A stretch of 46,051 nt of DNA from IMG/VR virus record IMGVR_UViG_3300010275_000216; one strand, 5' to 3'. This DNA is from a virus (lineage: Duplodnaviria; Heunggongvirae; Uroviricota; Caudoviricetes). How positions within the stretch are numbered: the first letter of the stretch is position 1; the number at the start of each line of letters is the position of its first letter. This document shows positions 15,101 through 24,228 of this stretch, piece after piece. The notes beneath the pieces are model-generated. The model searched no databases. It worked only from the letters and a program-made list of their open reading frames with translations, and was not told where the DNA came from. The position numbers and the translations under genes are program-made.

Positions 15101-15260
15101 CGGCCTGAGTCTGACGCTCCATAAAACGCTGCATACGGGCAGAAGACCGTTCTGCATCGCTGGCTGCACCATTCAGAAGGTTTTTGATACGGGGAATTTC
15201 ATTTTTAAACTCTGCCGCATCAATCCCCAAATCAATGACCAGGTTGGCTATCTGGTCCAT
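12195..15260 (-). CDS. H: tail tape measure protein H (about 1021 aa)
   Basis: Coiled-coil-rich; C-terminal ...INNDGTNGQIGPAALKAVYD... as in lambda H; ORF-track start 15290 replaced by ATG at 15260 with GGAGG 8 nt upstream. Confidence 0.9.
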   Translation of the reverse strand: MDQIANLVIDLGIDAAEFKNEIPRIKNLLNGAASDAERSSARMQRFMERQTQAARQTTQAASSAATAASVHAQTVEKNAQAHERMAREVEKTRQRMEALSQKMREEQAQAMALAEAQDKAAAAFYRQIDSVKQASAGLQELQRIQQQIRQARNSGGIGQQDYLALISEVTAKTRVLTQAEEEATRQKVAFIRQLKEQATRQNLSSSELLRAKAAHLGVSSAAEVYIRKMEQAGKATHSLGLKSAAARQEIGVLIGELARGNLGALRGSGITLANRAGWIDTLMSPKGMMPGGVIGGIAAAVYGLGKAWYDGQKEGEEFNRQLSLTGHYAGVTAGQLWTLSRAISGNGITQHAAAGALAQVVGSGAFRGNDIGMVARAAAQMERSVGQSVSDTINQFKRLKDDPVNAAKALDNELHFLTATQLEQIRVLGEQGRSSDAARIAMSALAEETGRRTADIDNNLNALGSTLKYLSDLWSRFWDAAMNIGREDSLDEQIAALQEKVSRAKRLPWTASSSQVEYDQQRLNDLQEKKRQKDLQDAKEQAERNYQEQQKRRNAENAALNRMNETEAARHQREIARINAMQYADQAVRDAAIQRENERYEKALASGKKKTRETRNDEATRLLLQYSQQQAQVEGQIAAARQSAGIATERMTEAHKQLLALQQRISDLDGKKLTADEKSVLARKEELIQALTLLDVKQQELQKQTALNELKKKTIQLTSQLAEEERAQRQQHDLDIATVGMGDQQRQRYQVQLSLRQKYQQQLEQLRRDSEQKGTYNTDDYRKAEQALTESLNRQLNENRRYWQQLEVVQGNWKNGVLRAFQDFTVDADNTAETAEQVFSSAFSNMGNGLATFVTTGKLNFKSFTSSVLSDMAKILAQATMMKSIKGIGSVLGFDLSSLSLNANGGIYQSADLSRYSGTVVNRPTFFAFAKGAGVMGEAGPEAILPLRRGADGKLGVVADIGGSGMAMFSPQYNIEINNDGTNGQIGPAALKAVYDLGKKAAADFMQQQARDGGRLSGAYR

Positions 15261-15959
15261 AACGCACACCTCCGGAAATACCTTCCCCAAGATGCATCAG
15301 TTCTTCGTCCGTTCGCTCCGGTATCCCGTTCTCTTCCGGTAAAAGGCTGAAATCAGCCACCGCAGCATCACTGCTGCCGGACACCATTCTCACGATCAAT
15401 GCCTTCAGCGAGGCAAACTGCGCATCCATCCACACATCACTGAAGCTCTGCATCCGGAAATAATCGCCCCACTCACCAAGCTCAGTGGCCGACATTTCCG
15501 ACAGCATCCGCCGCCAGTCTGCCCGCCGGAACTCCCGGGCAAGCCGCATGACAAACTGCATTTCCCGCGTCAGGACTTTTCCGGCGTCAGCGCCTCATGC
15601 TCATCATCCACGGCATTATCAATGGCCCCCATACCGCTCAGCGACAGAACCATCTCCGCCCCCGCACCCAGGGCATCATACGACCATGTTGTAATAACGG
15701 ATGCGCAAAGCGTCTCTACATCCTTAGACTGATCCGCATTCCACAGTGAGCGGGAAACCAGCCAGGCATTGATATCCATCCCCATCCGCAGAAAAGCAAT
15801 CTGTCGTTCAGCCTCCGGCAGTTCTCCCTCCCCGGCATCAAACTTTGCCGTTCGCTGCTGAACAAACGTCAGATATTCAATTCTCTGCAGCCCGGACAGC
15901 TCACTGAGCACCACGGACTGTTTTTCATAATTAAACGTGTCCTGTTTCAGAAACATCAT
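15232..15959 (-). CDS. T: tail assembly chaperone G-T fusion made by programmed -1 ribosomal frameshift
   Basis: T-frame ORF (15232..15561 in track) is in -1 frame relative to G and open across the G stop; slippery heptamer at about 15576-15582. Confidence 0.7.
15570..15959 (-). CDS. G: tail assembly chaperone G
   Basis: MFLK... start as in lambda G; ATGATG preceded by AGGTGGAG; ORF-track start 15998 would overlap V. Confidence 0.85.
   Translation of the reverse strand: MMFLKQDTFNYEKQSVVLSELSGLQRIEYLTFVQQRTAKFDAGEGELPEAERQIAFLRMGMDINAWLVSRSLWNADQSKDVETLCASVITTWSYDALGAGAEMVLSLSGMGAIDNAVDDEHEALTPEKS
15576..15582 (-). other. candidate -1 frameshift slippery site (G GAA AAG in G frame, lambda uses G GGA AAG) near the 3' end of G
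   Basis: Heptamer sits 2 codons before the G stop and the -1 frame is open from here into T. Confidence 0.5.
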
Positions 15960-15978
15960 GTTCTCCACCTGCAAAAAA

Positions 15979-15996
15979 GCCCCGCATAACCGGGGC
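15979..15996 (-). terminator. hairpin GCCCCG-GTTATG-CGGGGC plus T6 between V and G; likely attenuator
   Basis: Strong GC stem followed by TTTTTT on minus strand, then SD and G start. Confidence 0.5.
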
Positions 15997-16016
15997 AAAT
16001 GATGAGTATCGTCCTG

Positions 16017-16760
16017 TTAACCTGCGGCGCTGACAGTCACCGCAGCCACAGCCACAAAATCGCCGTCAGAAGTCATGCCCACAATGCTGACACTGCCCTG
16101 CTTCACGCCTTTCACCGTGGCCACAAGCCCGTTCAGGGTCACCGTGGCAGTCTGTGGATCTGTCGAATGCACACTGATCGCTTTGTCACTGGCTCCGTCA
16201 GGTTTTACTGTAAAGGTCAGCGTGGTGGTTGCTCCCACTTTTACACTGGCAGATGCCGGTGCCACCGTCAGCCCGGTAACGCCCACGGTTTCAGTGCCTT
16301 CTTCTGCCAGATACGGACGCCCCACACCGCTGATTTTCACTGTGCGGGTCATCACGTCTTTTGAGGCAATGGTTTTACCCAGTGAACTCAGCCAGCCACG
16401 GAAAACATCAACAGTACCGTTGGGATATTTGATACGAAACGCGCAGACTTCACCGGAGTCGAACAACTGAACCAGTTTTTTCTGCCCGCTGTCACCCGGA
16501 CGCCAGGCCAGCGTCGCCGAAGTATCACCGACTGATTTCTGCCCCTGGGTTGTCGTTTTCCAGTCTGCATCTTCATCATCGAGATAAGTATCATCTTCTG
16601 CATCAGCGGTCATTTCGCCAGGTTGCAGATCCTTCACCATCGCAAGACGCAGCCAGTCAGTGTCCGACAAAGGGTTCGCAAATGCGTCGCCGTTGCCGGT
16701 ATACATCCAGAACGTCGTCCCCGCACCTTTCGTCTTTGCCAGTGGATTTGGTGTGGCCAT
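16017..16760 (-). CDS. V: major tail protein V with C-terminal Ig-like domain
   Basis: MATPNPLAKTKGAGTT... matches lambda V start; AAGGAGG SD; ORF-track start 16835 is an upstream in-frame extension. Confidence 0.9.
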   Translation of the reverse strand: MATPNPLAKTKGAGTTFWMYTGNGDAFANPLSDTDWLRLAMVKDLQPGEMTADAEDDTYLDDEDADWKTTTQGQKSVGDTSATLAWRPGDSGQKKLVQLFDSGEVCAFRIKYPNGTVDVFRGWLSSLGKTIASKDVMTRTVKISGVGRPYLAEEGTETVGVTGLTVAPASASVKVGATTTLTFTVKPDGASDKAISVHSTDPQTATVTLNGLVATVKGVKQGSVSIVGMTSDGDFVAVAAVTVSAAG

Positions 16761-16770
16761 TGCCACCTCC

Positions 16771-17172
16771 TTAATTCGTGTACGTGATCTGGTACGTGAT
16801 TTCCGCCATCGCCCAGGTGGCCATCTCATTATCACGTTGATAGTTAAAACCGAGTGGGATCAGGGTGTCGATGAGTCCGGAAAGTGCCGGCACATCATTC
16901 AGGGCCGGGAAAATGGTGCTCTCCATCCACATATCCAGCTCTGAATCCGGTGCCTGTGCCCGGATGAAGACAGCAATATGCAGAACAGCCTGCCAGTCAT
17001 CTTCATCCGTCATTTTTCCGGTGTACTGAGCATCACTCAGCCACACCGCCACGGCAGGCAGTTCCTGCGCATCAACAAATGCCGGAAGCCCGTCAAAAAA
17101 CGTGGCGCTGTCTCCACACTGTTCCCGAAGGCGTGCCAGTACGACCTGGCGGATTTGTGTATGTCGGTTCAT
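16771..17172 (-). CDS. U: tail terminator protein U
   Basis: ATFFDG...PAVAV...SELD.WMES motifs as in lambda U; ATG overlaps Z stop (ATGA). Confidence 0.85.
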   Translation of the reverse strand: MNRHTQIRQVVLARLREQCGDSATFFDGLPAFVDAQELPAVAVWLSDAQYTGKMTDEDDWQAVLHIAVFIRAQAPDSELDMWMESTIFPALNDVPALSGLIDTLIPLGFNYQRDNEMATWAMAEITYQITYTN

Positions 17173-17747
17173 CGGGTCAGCCATAACCTCAGTTGTTGTT
17201 TCAGTGCATACCCCAGCTGTTTCGGCATTTCCGCAGCAATGATGCGGTCGCGGGCATCTTCAAATGCCTGTGTCAGCGGTCCGGACAGAGGGATTTTCAC
17301 CACATCAATGGGGTAACGATTTTTGCCATCAATACGCCGCATCACATGCCAGCGACCATTCGCCAGTTGCTGAATAAACGCATCCCGGAAAAGATATTTA
17401 CCCACCTTCAGCACACTGCCACGGTACTGCAGTTTTCCACCACGCCGGGCCAGTCTGACCCGGGCTGTCCCCAGCTTAATGGCGGGCAGATTGCCCCGGT
17501 TAACGCGGATCCTGGCCGTCATTTTTCCTGACGGACTGGCTTTAAACACCCGGACACGCTGACGTACCAGTTTCAGGGGGATCCCTTTCACCTGGTTATC
17601 TCCCGCAACGGTATTCCCGGCAACCTGCCGGGTGGCAACCGAGACCGCTTTCTGTGCCACACGGTTTATCGCCCATGCGCTGGCCTGTGGCACCATACGG
17701 GTATCAAGGCTGTTCAGATTGCGGATGGCATTCTCAAGCCCCTTCAT
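17169..17747 (-). CDS. Z: tail completion protein Z (192 aa)
   Basis: Length and position as lambda Z; MKGLE... N-terminus. Confidence 0.85.
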   Translation of the reverse strand: MKGLENAIRNLNSLDTRMVPQASAWAINRVAQKAVSVATRQVAGNTVAGDNQVKGIPLKLVRQRVRVFKASPSGKMTARIRVNRGNLPAIKLGTARVRLARRGGKLQYRGSVLKVGKYLFRDAFIQQLANGRWHVMRRIDGKNRYPIDVVKIPLSGPLTQAFEDARDRIIAAEMPKQLGYALKQQLRLWLTR

Positions 17748-17758
17748 CCCACACCTCT

Positions 17759-18034
17759 TTACTCAATAAAGATCATTGGCTTACCGTTAAAACGTTCATG
17801 CCGTGTGACCGTCCATTGTTGTCCGTCATAAACAACGCGATCCCCGCGCCGTGGGCGGTATCCCGAAGAAAACACCACCAGAGAGACCGCAGGTCCGGAC
17901 AGAGCATTCAGCTCTGCCAGTGTTTCTCCCGGGATCACAGTCATATCGACATCATTAATCGAGGCTGTCTTTCCCATCTTTCTGACCGTGATCGCATCCA
18001 TACGCGCTGCCAGCCGGGAAAAGGGATCAGACAT
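17759..18034 (-). CDS. head-tail joining protein, FII-like
   Basis: Pattern G.TASI...RRGD...W.V similar to lambda FII; position immediately before Z. Confidence 0.55.
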   Translation of the reverse strand: MSDPFSRLAARMDAITVRKMGKTASINDVDMTVIPGETLAELNALSGPAVSLVVFSSGYRPRRGDRVVYDGQQWTVTRHERFNGKPMIFIE

Positions 18035-18350
18035 TGAGTTTTACCGGCACTTCTTCTGCACTGGTTCCGGCATCTGCCCATACAACCCCGACCAGCGGAT
18101 CAGAGCCGCTGTTAGTCAGCTGAACTTTTCCTGACTTCAGATAAACCTTCTTACCCGTTTTCATGTCATCCGTTTTCAGCTTAGGCAGCATAAACACACC
18201 TTCGGTTATGCCGTCGCCTGTTTCTCCCTGTGGAATATCGGTCAGCGCCACCGCAAAAACATCACCCACCTGCACCAGATCTCCGCTGCTGATGGCTGCA
18301 CTGGCAACAATCGCCACCGTTTTTCCTTCTTCTACAAAATTCTTTGCCAT
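18027..18350 (-). CDS. putative head decoration / DUF2190-like protein (107 aa)
   Basis: ATG at 18350 with GGAGAC SD; Gly-rich small protein directly after the capsid gene; family assignment from memory only. Confidence 0.45.
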   Translation of the reverse strand: MAKNFVEEGKTVAIVASAAISSGDLVQVGDVFAVALTDIPQGETGDGITEGVFMLPKLKTDDMKTGKKVYLKSGKVQLTNSGSDPLVGVVWADAGTSAEEVPVKLNV

Positions 18351-18393
18351 AACTGTCTCCGCACAGCCCCGTTCAGGGGCTGATTTCAGGTAC

Positions 18394-18412
18394 AAAAAAA
18401 GCCCTTACGGGC
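18394..18412 (-). terminator. terminator-like hairpin GCCC-GTAA-GGGC plus T7 after the capsid gene; a second hairpin CAGCCCC-TGAA-CGGGGCTG lies at about 18364-18382
   Basis: Read on minus strand between capsid stop (18437) and next start (18350). Confidence 0.45.
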
Positions 18413-18436
18413 CATCAGAGTTGTTGTCTGCGACGT

Positions 18437-20395
18437 TTACGCCGTACATTTCACCAGGCCGCGGTGATCAACTGGCGCAACACCAGCGTCAATACGCACT
18501 TTCGTTGTCACGCCATCCACACTGAAGCCCTCCATCTGATCAATATATGGCGTATCCACACCGTTGAGATAAGCCACTTCAATCGTATCGGAGCCTTTGG
18601 ACGCAGCCAGGTAGAAGGTGGTCTGGCTGTTATCATCAAGACGAGGCTCTGCAATAACGGTCGCAAAATCTTTCACCGGGTTAATAATACCGGCGTTAAT
18701 GTCAGCCCCCTTGACACTTGAGGAGCGAATGACCTGGTTAGCAACAGACTCCATCGCCGTCGGTACCAGTACGAACGCAGGACGAATATTCAGATGACGC
18801 TCACCCTCTTTCTGAACGCGCATCAACTGGCGGGCTTTATCCAGCGATGCCACGTCCATTGCCGCGCTCTCCAGTACGTTTGCATGTTTCGCTTTATCGA
18901 ACAGACTTACATTATCTGTGGAGATTTTCGGGTTAGACGTCAGAATGGCATAAACCAGATCGGCAATAGTGGATTTCGCCGCACGGCCCAGCTTCATCGG
19001 GACATCGGTCAGCATATTCAGATCATCATTGATAATGGCCTGACGGGTGATACTGAACAGCTCGCCATAGGTCGCCAGTGCAATAGTGGCCTGTTTATCT
19101 CCGGTGGTGACGTATTTATATTCTGCCCCTTCACGCACCTGACGCAGAGCACTGAAGCCCCCCATACCCACACGATGGGCAATTTTAAAATCAGACAACT
19201 GACCTTTCCGCGTCCACTGTTCATAGGTTTCAGGGGCATCTTCCCAGCCCTGCAGAATGGCTTTGTTCGCAACATCCAGCAGAATATTACCGAAGTCAGA
19301 CGTACTGTGTGTGAACGCCGCACCGACCATCTGCATCGGGTTATAACTGGAAACACCAATACCACGTTCAGTCAGTGACATACGGGCATATTCACGCAGG
19401 GTCATCCCGTTGTAGACATTATCACGTTCAGTTTTTTCAAACCCGGCGCGCGCCATCAGCGCCTGGCGGATCCCGTCCCCCACAAAATTACCGTTACCGG
19501 CATAAATATGAGCCGGGGTATTTTTATTGGATGGCGTGGACTCGCGCCCCATCTCGTTCAACAGCTTTTCGCGGGCCTGCTCCAGCGAACATTCAGGATC
19601 GGCAAGACACTGAGCCTGCAACGACTGATAACGCCCGCCAAACATGGCAAACAGATCATTAATACCGTTTACACGCGCTTTTTGCTCTGCCAGGACCTGC
19701 GCACGGATGCTGTTTTCATCCACCACGGGTGCTGCTGCCTGCACTGGCGTCCGGGAGGCTGCAGGTCCATCATCCTGTACGCGTGGAGCACTGTTGCGTG
19801 GCGGAGTAATCATATTTCGAATGGATTCCGGCATCTTTTTAAATTCCTCTGTACGTTTTGACTGAATACATGCCATTGCCTTAACGGCTGGTGTCACCTG
19901 ATCAGCAAATCCCTGTGCCAGACATTCGGCACCGGACATCCAGGTCTCATCCGCCAGCATGGCAGCAATTTCATCGGTGGTTTTCCCGGTTTTCTGTGCA
20001 TAAGCGGGTAACAGAACCGCCTCAACTTTATCGAGCAGGTCGGCATAGGTGCGCATGTCCTCCGCATCACCGCCCGTAAAGCCAAATGGTTTATGAATCA
20101 TCATGAAGGAGTTTTCCGGCATAATGACCGGGTTTCCCACCATCGCAATGACCGACGCCATTGACGCCGCCACACCGTCGACATAAACGGTAATGGACGC
20201 ACCATGTGTTTTCAGTGCATTAAAAATGGCGATGCCTTCAAAGACATCGCCACCCGGTGAATTAATATGGAGATTAATGTGGGTGATATCGCCCAGTGCA
20301 TTCAGATCACTGATAAACTGCTTCGCCGTAACACCCCAGAAACCAATCTCGTCATAAATATAAATATCCGCGTCACTCTGGTGACCTGCCTGCAT
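18437..20395 (-). CDS. prohead protease (ClpP/S14-like) fused to major capsid protein
   Basis: ClpP-like core HINSPGGDV...GVAASMAS in N-terminal third, large C-terminal capsid-like domain; ATG at 20395 is 13 nt after the portal stop, ORF-track start 20656 would overlap portal by about 250 nt. Confidence 0.8.
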   Translation of the reverse strand: MQAGHQSDADIYIYDEIGFWGVTAKQFISDLNALGDITHINLHINSPGGDVFEGIAIFNALKTHGASITVYVDGVAASMASVIAMVGNPVIMPENSFMMIHKPFGFTGGDAEDMRTYADLLDKVEAVLLPAYAQKTGKTTDEIAAMLADETWMSGAECLAQGFADQVTPAVKAMACIQSKRTEEFKKMPESIRNMITPPRNSAPRVQDDGPAASRTPVQAAAPVVDENSIRAQVLAEQKARVNGINDLFAMFGGRYQSLQAQCLADPECSLEQAREKLLNEMGRESTPSNKNTPAHIYAGNGNFVGDGIRQALMARAGFEKTERDNVYNGMTLREYARMSLTERGIGVSSYNPMQMVGAAFTHSTSDFGNILLDVANKAILQGWEDAPETYEQWTRKGQLSDFKIAHRVGMGGFSALRQVREGAEYKYVTTGDKQATIALATYGELFSITRQAIINDDLNMLTDVPMKLGRAAKSTIADLVYAILTSNPKISTDNVSLFDKAKHANVLESAAMDVASLDKARQLMRVQKEGERHLNIRPAFVLVPTAMESVANQVIRSSSVKGADINAGIINPVKDFATVIAEPRLDDNSQTTFYLAASKGSDTIEVAYLNGVDTPYIDQMEGFSVDGVTTKVRIDAGVAPVDHRGLVKCTA

Positions 20396-20408
20396 CCTGA
20401 ACCAGGAA

Positions 20409-21917
20409 TTATTCTTCGGACTGGTCGTCGGTGTGCTGCGGCTCCTGTCGTTTCGTTGCGGCACTGCTGCCTCCTTTATCACTGGCCGGATCGGTATCAA
20501 ATACCAGATCCAGCTTGCGGTTTTCATCAATTTCGGCCTTGCGCCGACGTTTGACATCATCCGGATTACGACCACCTGCACGTACCCAGTCTGATTCTGT
20601 CGCCGCTCCACCACGAATCTGAATTTTCCAGGCCTCAGCCTCCTTAACAGGGTCAATCCACGGCATCACCGGTCCGGAATACACCGCGGTATACAGTGAA
20701 GATCGGTCCAGATCGCGGGGTAGCCTGATAACACCGGATACCACAGCCTGTTTCAGCCAGGCACGGTACATCGGGCGGGTGACGGCACCAATAAACCAGT
20801 CCTGCAGGATCAGGTAGCCATCAGTAGATTCAACCAGCTCCTGACGCTGGGCGCTGTAAGTGCCGTTATAGTTGCGCGCTGTACTGGAAAAACTCAGACG
20901 ACTGCCCGCAGCCACGGCACGCAACTGACCATTACGAAAAGTTTCAAGGTTAGGATTGGGGCGATCCGACTTCACCATTCCGATTTCTTCGCCGGGTTTC
21001 AGATCGTCGTAAATAATGCCTGGCTGAATGGTAAGCTCGCGTTCATTCTCCTTGCTGTCATTACCATCCGTTTCATAGCTCTGTCCGTCGCCTTTCCGGA
21101 TGTACATCCCCAGAGCAGCGGCGATCCTTGCTGCAGTCAGCTCAGAATCTTCATACTCTTTCAGAGCACTGAGGCGGATCAGCACACCGGACAACAAAGA
21201 CGTCCCGCGCATCTGGTGCAGACGGCGAACAAATTTAAGATGCAGCATTCGCTCTGCATCCACTTCTTTGGTTTCCATCTGCCGCCCGGATACGGGACGG
21301 CTTTTATACACCAGATATTTTTCGGGACGCCCCCAGTCATCAACAAACACGCCCTGATTCAGCCTGTTGCTCTCATCACTGGTCATGGGAATAAAGTCCG
21401 GCTCGAGCGCCTCCAGCCAGAAATGAACACCGGCAGAAGGCGTCAGGCTGTTTATGCGCCCGGAAACCATCTGGGCAAACACCTCACCATCGCGCAGCCA
21501 GGTACGCAGCATCAGACGTTCCAGCATCGGACGGGTAAACTGCCCGGTGACCTCCGGACTGACAGACCATTCACTCCATCGGGTACGTATCTCCGCTGCC
21601 AGATCACGGGCAATGGCCCCATTGCGTAATACCGGATGTGGCTCGACAATAATCCCGTTTTTCCCCACCACCCGTTCTTCCAGCTTGTCAAATACACCAA
21701 TGACCAGATCGTGGTTGTTATCAAGGTAACGAGCCTGCTCACGTAACGACACGGCCCCGTACTGGCTTAACTGGTCGGCAGTTCGGTTCTCCCGTCGGGC
21801 TTTGTGTGTTCGCGTCGTTTTTACGGCCTCATAAGCCTGGATCACCGCACGGGAACGCAGCCTTGCCGCTTTCCATCCTGGTGAAAAAACGCCAATCACA
21901 TCATCAAGAATTGCCAT
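20409..21917 (-). CDS. portal protein
   Basis: About 500 aa, acidic C-terminus, position between W-like gene and protease/capsid; ATG at 21917 overlaps W stop. Confidence 0.8.
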   Translation of the reverse strand: MAILDDVIGVFSPGWKAARLRSRAVIQAYEAVKTTRTHKARRENRTADQLSQYGAVSLREQARYLDNNHDLVIGVFDKLEERVVGKNGIIVEPHPVLRNGAIARDLAAEIRTRWSEWSVSPEVTGQFTRPMLERLMLRTWLRDGEVFAQMVSGRINSLTPSAGVHFWLEALEPDFIPMTSDESNRLNQGVFVDDWGRPEKYLVYKSRPVSGRQMETKEVDAERMLHLKFVRRLHQMRGTSLLSGVLIRLSALKEYEDSELTAARIAAALGMYIRKGDGQSYETDGNDSKENERELTIQPGIIYDDLKPGEEIGMVKSDRPNPNLETFRNGQLRAVAAGSRLSFSSTARNYNGTYSAQRQELVESTDGYLILQDWFIGAVTRPMYRAWLKQAVVSGVIRLPRDLDRSSLYTAVYSGPVMPWIDPVKEAEAWKIQIRGGAATESDWVRAGGRNPDDVKRRRKAEIDENRKLDLVFDTDPASDKGGSSAATKRQEPQHTDDQSEE

Positions 21918-22129
21918 CAGAACCTCGCCAGCCGGTACCCGGGATGCCCCCGTCGTCGTGTAATCAGAGCCGCAAGGCGGCGCTCCCACTCCTGCCGCCC
22001 CTGCCGGATCTCAGATAAGTTTTCCATGGTCATCTGCTGACCATTAAAAGTGACGGATTTTCCGTCCAGCACCGCCATTTCAGCTTCCGTATAACGCTGA
22101 ATCATGGCTTCAATATCATTCTGATTCAT
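21917..22129 (-). CDS. W: head-tail connector / head completion protein, W-like
   Basis: C-terminus ...RRRGHPGY resembles lambda W ...RRRGPAGF; ATG overlaps terminase stop with GGAGG SD. Confidence 0.6.
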   Translation of the reverse strand: MNQNDIEAMIQRYTEAEMAVLDGKSVTFNGQQMTMENLSEIRQGRQEWERRLAALITRRRGHPGYRLARF

Positions 22130-24228
22130 AACCATCCTCCGGAAGTCAGCCAGGGGTTAACATCGTCAGTTACTGTTTTCTTCCGTTTTTGTTTTTTAAC
22201 AGGCGTGGGTACCGGTTCCGGTGAGGGTGACGGTTCGGTACTGTCCGGGACACACTCCAGCCAGGTTTCCCGGCTCGCCCACTCCGGTGCATCCGGCCAG
22301 CGGATCTTTTCGTATCCATGCAGAATGACCAGAGCCTCGGCATACACCATCAGGTCAAAAGCTTCGTTGGCACCGCGACCCGGCTTACTCCATTTCCCGT
22401 CACTGCTCCGCTCTTCATACGTCAGTTCGTCGTAAAACCAGCTCCCCAGCCAGTCAGGGAAATGCACATAGCCGGGACCTGGCGAGTCACGCCATAACGC
22501 GTTATTCACCCGGTCTTTCAGGGCATCCGTCTGAAGAAGCCAGAGCGGCACATCACCTGCGGCCTGCGCCCGTCGGCCCGTTCGTCCGGTGTTATCAGGG
22601 AATGTACGGGTGATCAGTTTTGCTCGCCGGATGCTGTCGCCCTTAAACAGGTAAATACGTTTACCAAGGCCATCACGACGGCAACGACGCCAGAATTTAT
22701 AGGCATTATCAGTGACCCCGTCTTCACCGCCGGAGTCCACCGCCATTGCCATCAGTCGCATTTGTTGAGAAGGGTCGGAGGCCAGCGGCCAGCTTTTATG
22801 AAAAACATCCGTCAGCAGGACATCCCAGTCTTCCGGATAGCTGGCCGGATCAATTCGCTGGCTCTCCCCGTCGCTGTCACCGCGCAATGACTGCGTGATG
22901 TTGTAACGATCAATAATCCAGCGTTCGCCACGGCTGCCATAGCCCGTTACCTGAACCACAAAACGGCGATGACGTCCCGCCTGCACATCCACTGTCGCCA
23001 CAAGGAAATTAACGCCATCCGGCACACTGCGGGAAGGAACTGGCTCTGCCCGCTGCTCAAGCAATTCACTTTTTCGTTGCTCCATGCTGGCGCGGGGAAG
23101 ATAAGGTAATCCCCAGTCGGTATTGATAACCGTCTTGAGTGTCTCTTCACTTCCGGTTGTCTCGTATTCCTGTTCTGCAGTAAGCAGTTTGTAAACGAGT
23201 TGCGAGAGTGTCTGATAAGCAGCTGCCGGACCCTCCATCCAGAATGACGCAATACGTGAACGCCGGGGATCACCATAACGACTGCCATCTGCATTGATGG
23301 ATTCACCATCCCGTAACCAGACCCCACGTCCGTTCAGCTCGCGTTTTTGTTCAGGCAAAATCCGTCCTGAACAGGAAGGACACTGAATATAAGCCGCCTC
23401 ACTTGCCAGCACAGGATCGGCAATATCACGGAAACCAGCAACCACATCGCCGCAGGGCTGAAAATACTCACCACAGTGTGGACAGGGCCAGTACCAGCGA
23501 CGGCGATCGCCACGGTTATAGAGCGACAGGATCCCCGTGGTTGGTGGAGCCTCATGCGGTGAAGTCCGTCGCCATTTCACATCCTTCACATCCCTGCCGG
23601 GGGAACTCTCCACCAGCGTCATACCACTGGACATAAATGTGGTGGTACGTTTTGAGGCAAGAGAGAAGGCATCCCCCTCACCATCAATATCTTCCGGAAA
23701 ACGGTCATAATCCGTCAGCGCCACGCATTTATAATCTGATGAAGACATGATATTGACTGACGGCCAGCCGATTTTCAGGTAGTTGCCAGCAAGGAATGTT
23801 CTGTCATAAACGTTGTTGTCATTTTTGTTCGGACTCAGGCGACTGACCACTTCCGGGCTGACGCGAAACGTTCTGGCGAGTCGTTTTTTGGAGTGTTCGC
23901 GGGCTTTTTCCTCCGTCATCTGAATGATCAGCATATCAGCAGGATCGCAAATCACGTTGTAAATCACCCAGCCGTCAATCAGGCCGATAGTCTTGCCGGT
24001 TCGTGCCGGGCCAACAAATATCACTGCGTCGTATTCACGCGAGGCCAGGCAGTTCATAGGCTCAATAACATACGGTGCCACCAGCGGATCCCACGGGACT
24101 GAGTTCCCTGCCCCCATGGGCACCCGCATATACTGAGCAACGGCATCAGCAACCCGCATTCGTCTCGGTGCGCGAAGGATATAACCTGAATCGGTTCGTG
24201 CTGCCTTTGCGGTTTCCTGATTCAGCAT
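22126..24228 (-). CDS. terminase large subunit (700 aa)
   Basis: Size, Walker A-like VGPARTGKT, Zn-finger-like CPHCGEY...CPSC, position downstream of small subunit and cos. Confidence 0.85.
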   Translation of the reverse strand: MLNQETAKAARTDSGYILRAPRRMRVADAVAQYMRVPMGAGNSVPWDPLVAPYVIEPMNCLASREYDAVIFVGPARTGKTIGLIDGWVIYNVICDPADMLIIQMTEEKAREHSKKRLARTFRVSPEVVSRLSPNKNDNNVYDRTFLAGNYLKIGWPSVNIMSSSDYKCVALTDYDRFPEDIDGEGDAFSLASKRTTTFMSSGMTLVESSPGRDVKDVKWRRTSPHEAPPTTGILSLYNRGDRRRWYWPCPHCGEYFQPCGDVVAGFRDIADPVLASEAAYIQCPSCSGRILPEQKRELNGRGVWLRDGESINADGSRYGDPRRSRIASFWMEGPAAAYQTLSQLVYKLLTAEQEYETTGSEETLKTVINTDWGLPYLPRASMEQRKSELLEQRAEPVPSRSVPDGVNFLVATVDVQAGRHRRFVVQVTGYGSRGERWIIDRYNITQSLRGDSDGESQRIDPASYPEDWDVLLTDVFHKSWPLASDPSQQMRLMAMAVDSGGEDGVTDNAYKFWRRCRRDGLGKRIYLFKGDSIRRAKLITRTFPDNTGRTGRRAQAAGDVPLWLLQTDALKDRVNNALWRDSPGPGYVHFPDWLGSWFYDELTYEERSSDGKWSKPGRGANEAFDLMVYAEALVILHGYEKIRWPDAPEWASRETWLECVPDSTEPSPSPEPVPTPVKKQKRKKTVTDDVNPWLTSGGWL

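Noticed and set aside
12316-15350. Numerous plus-strand ORFs antisense to tape measure H
   Set aside because: All overlap H on the opposite strand and show low-complexity translations.
18464-20085. Plus-strand ORFs inside the protease/capsid gene
   Set aside because: Antisense to a well-supported structural gene; no start signals.
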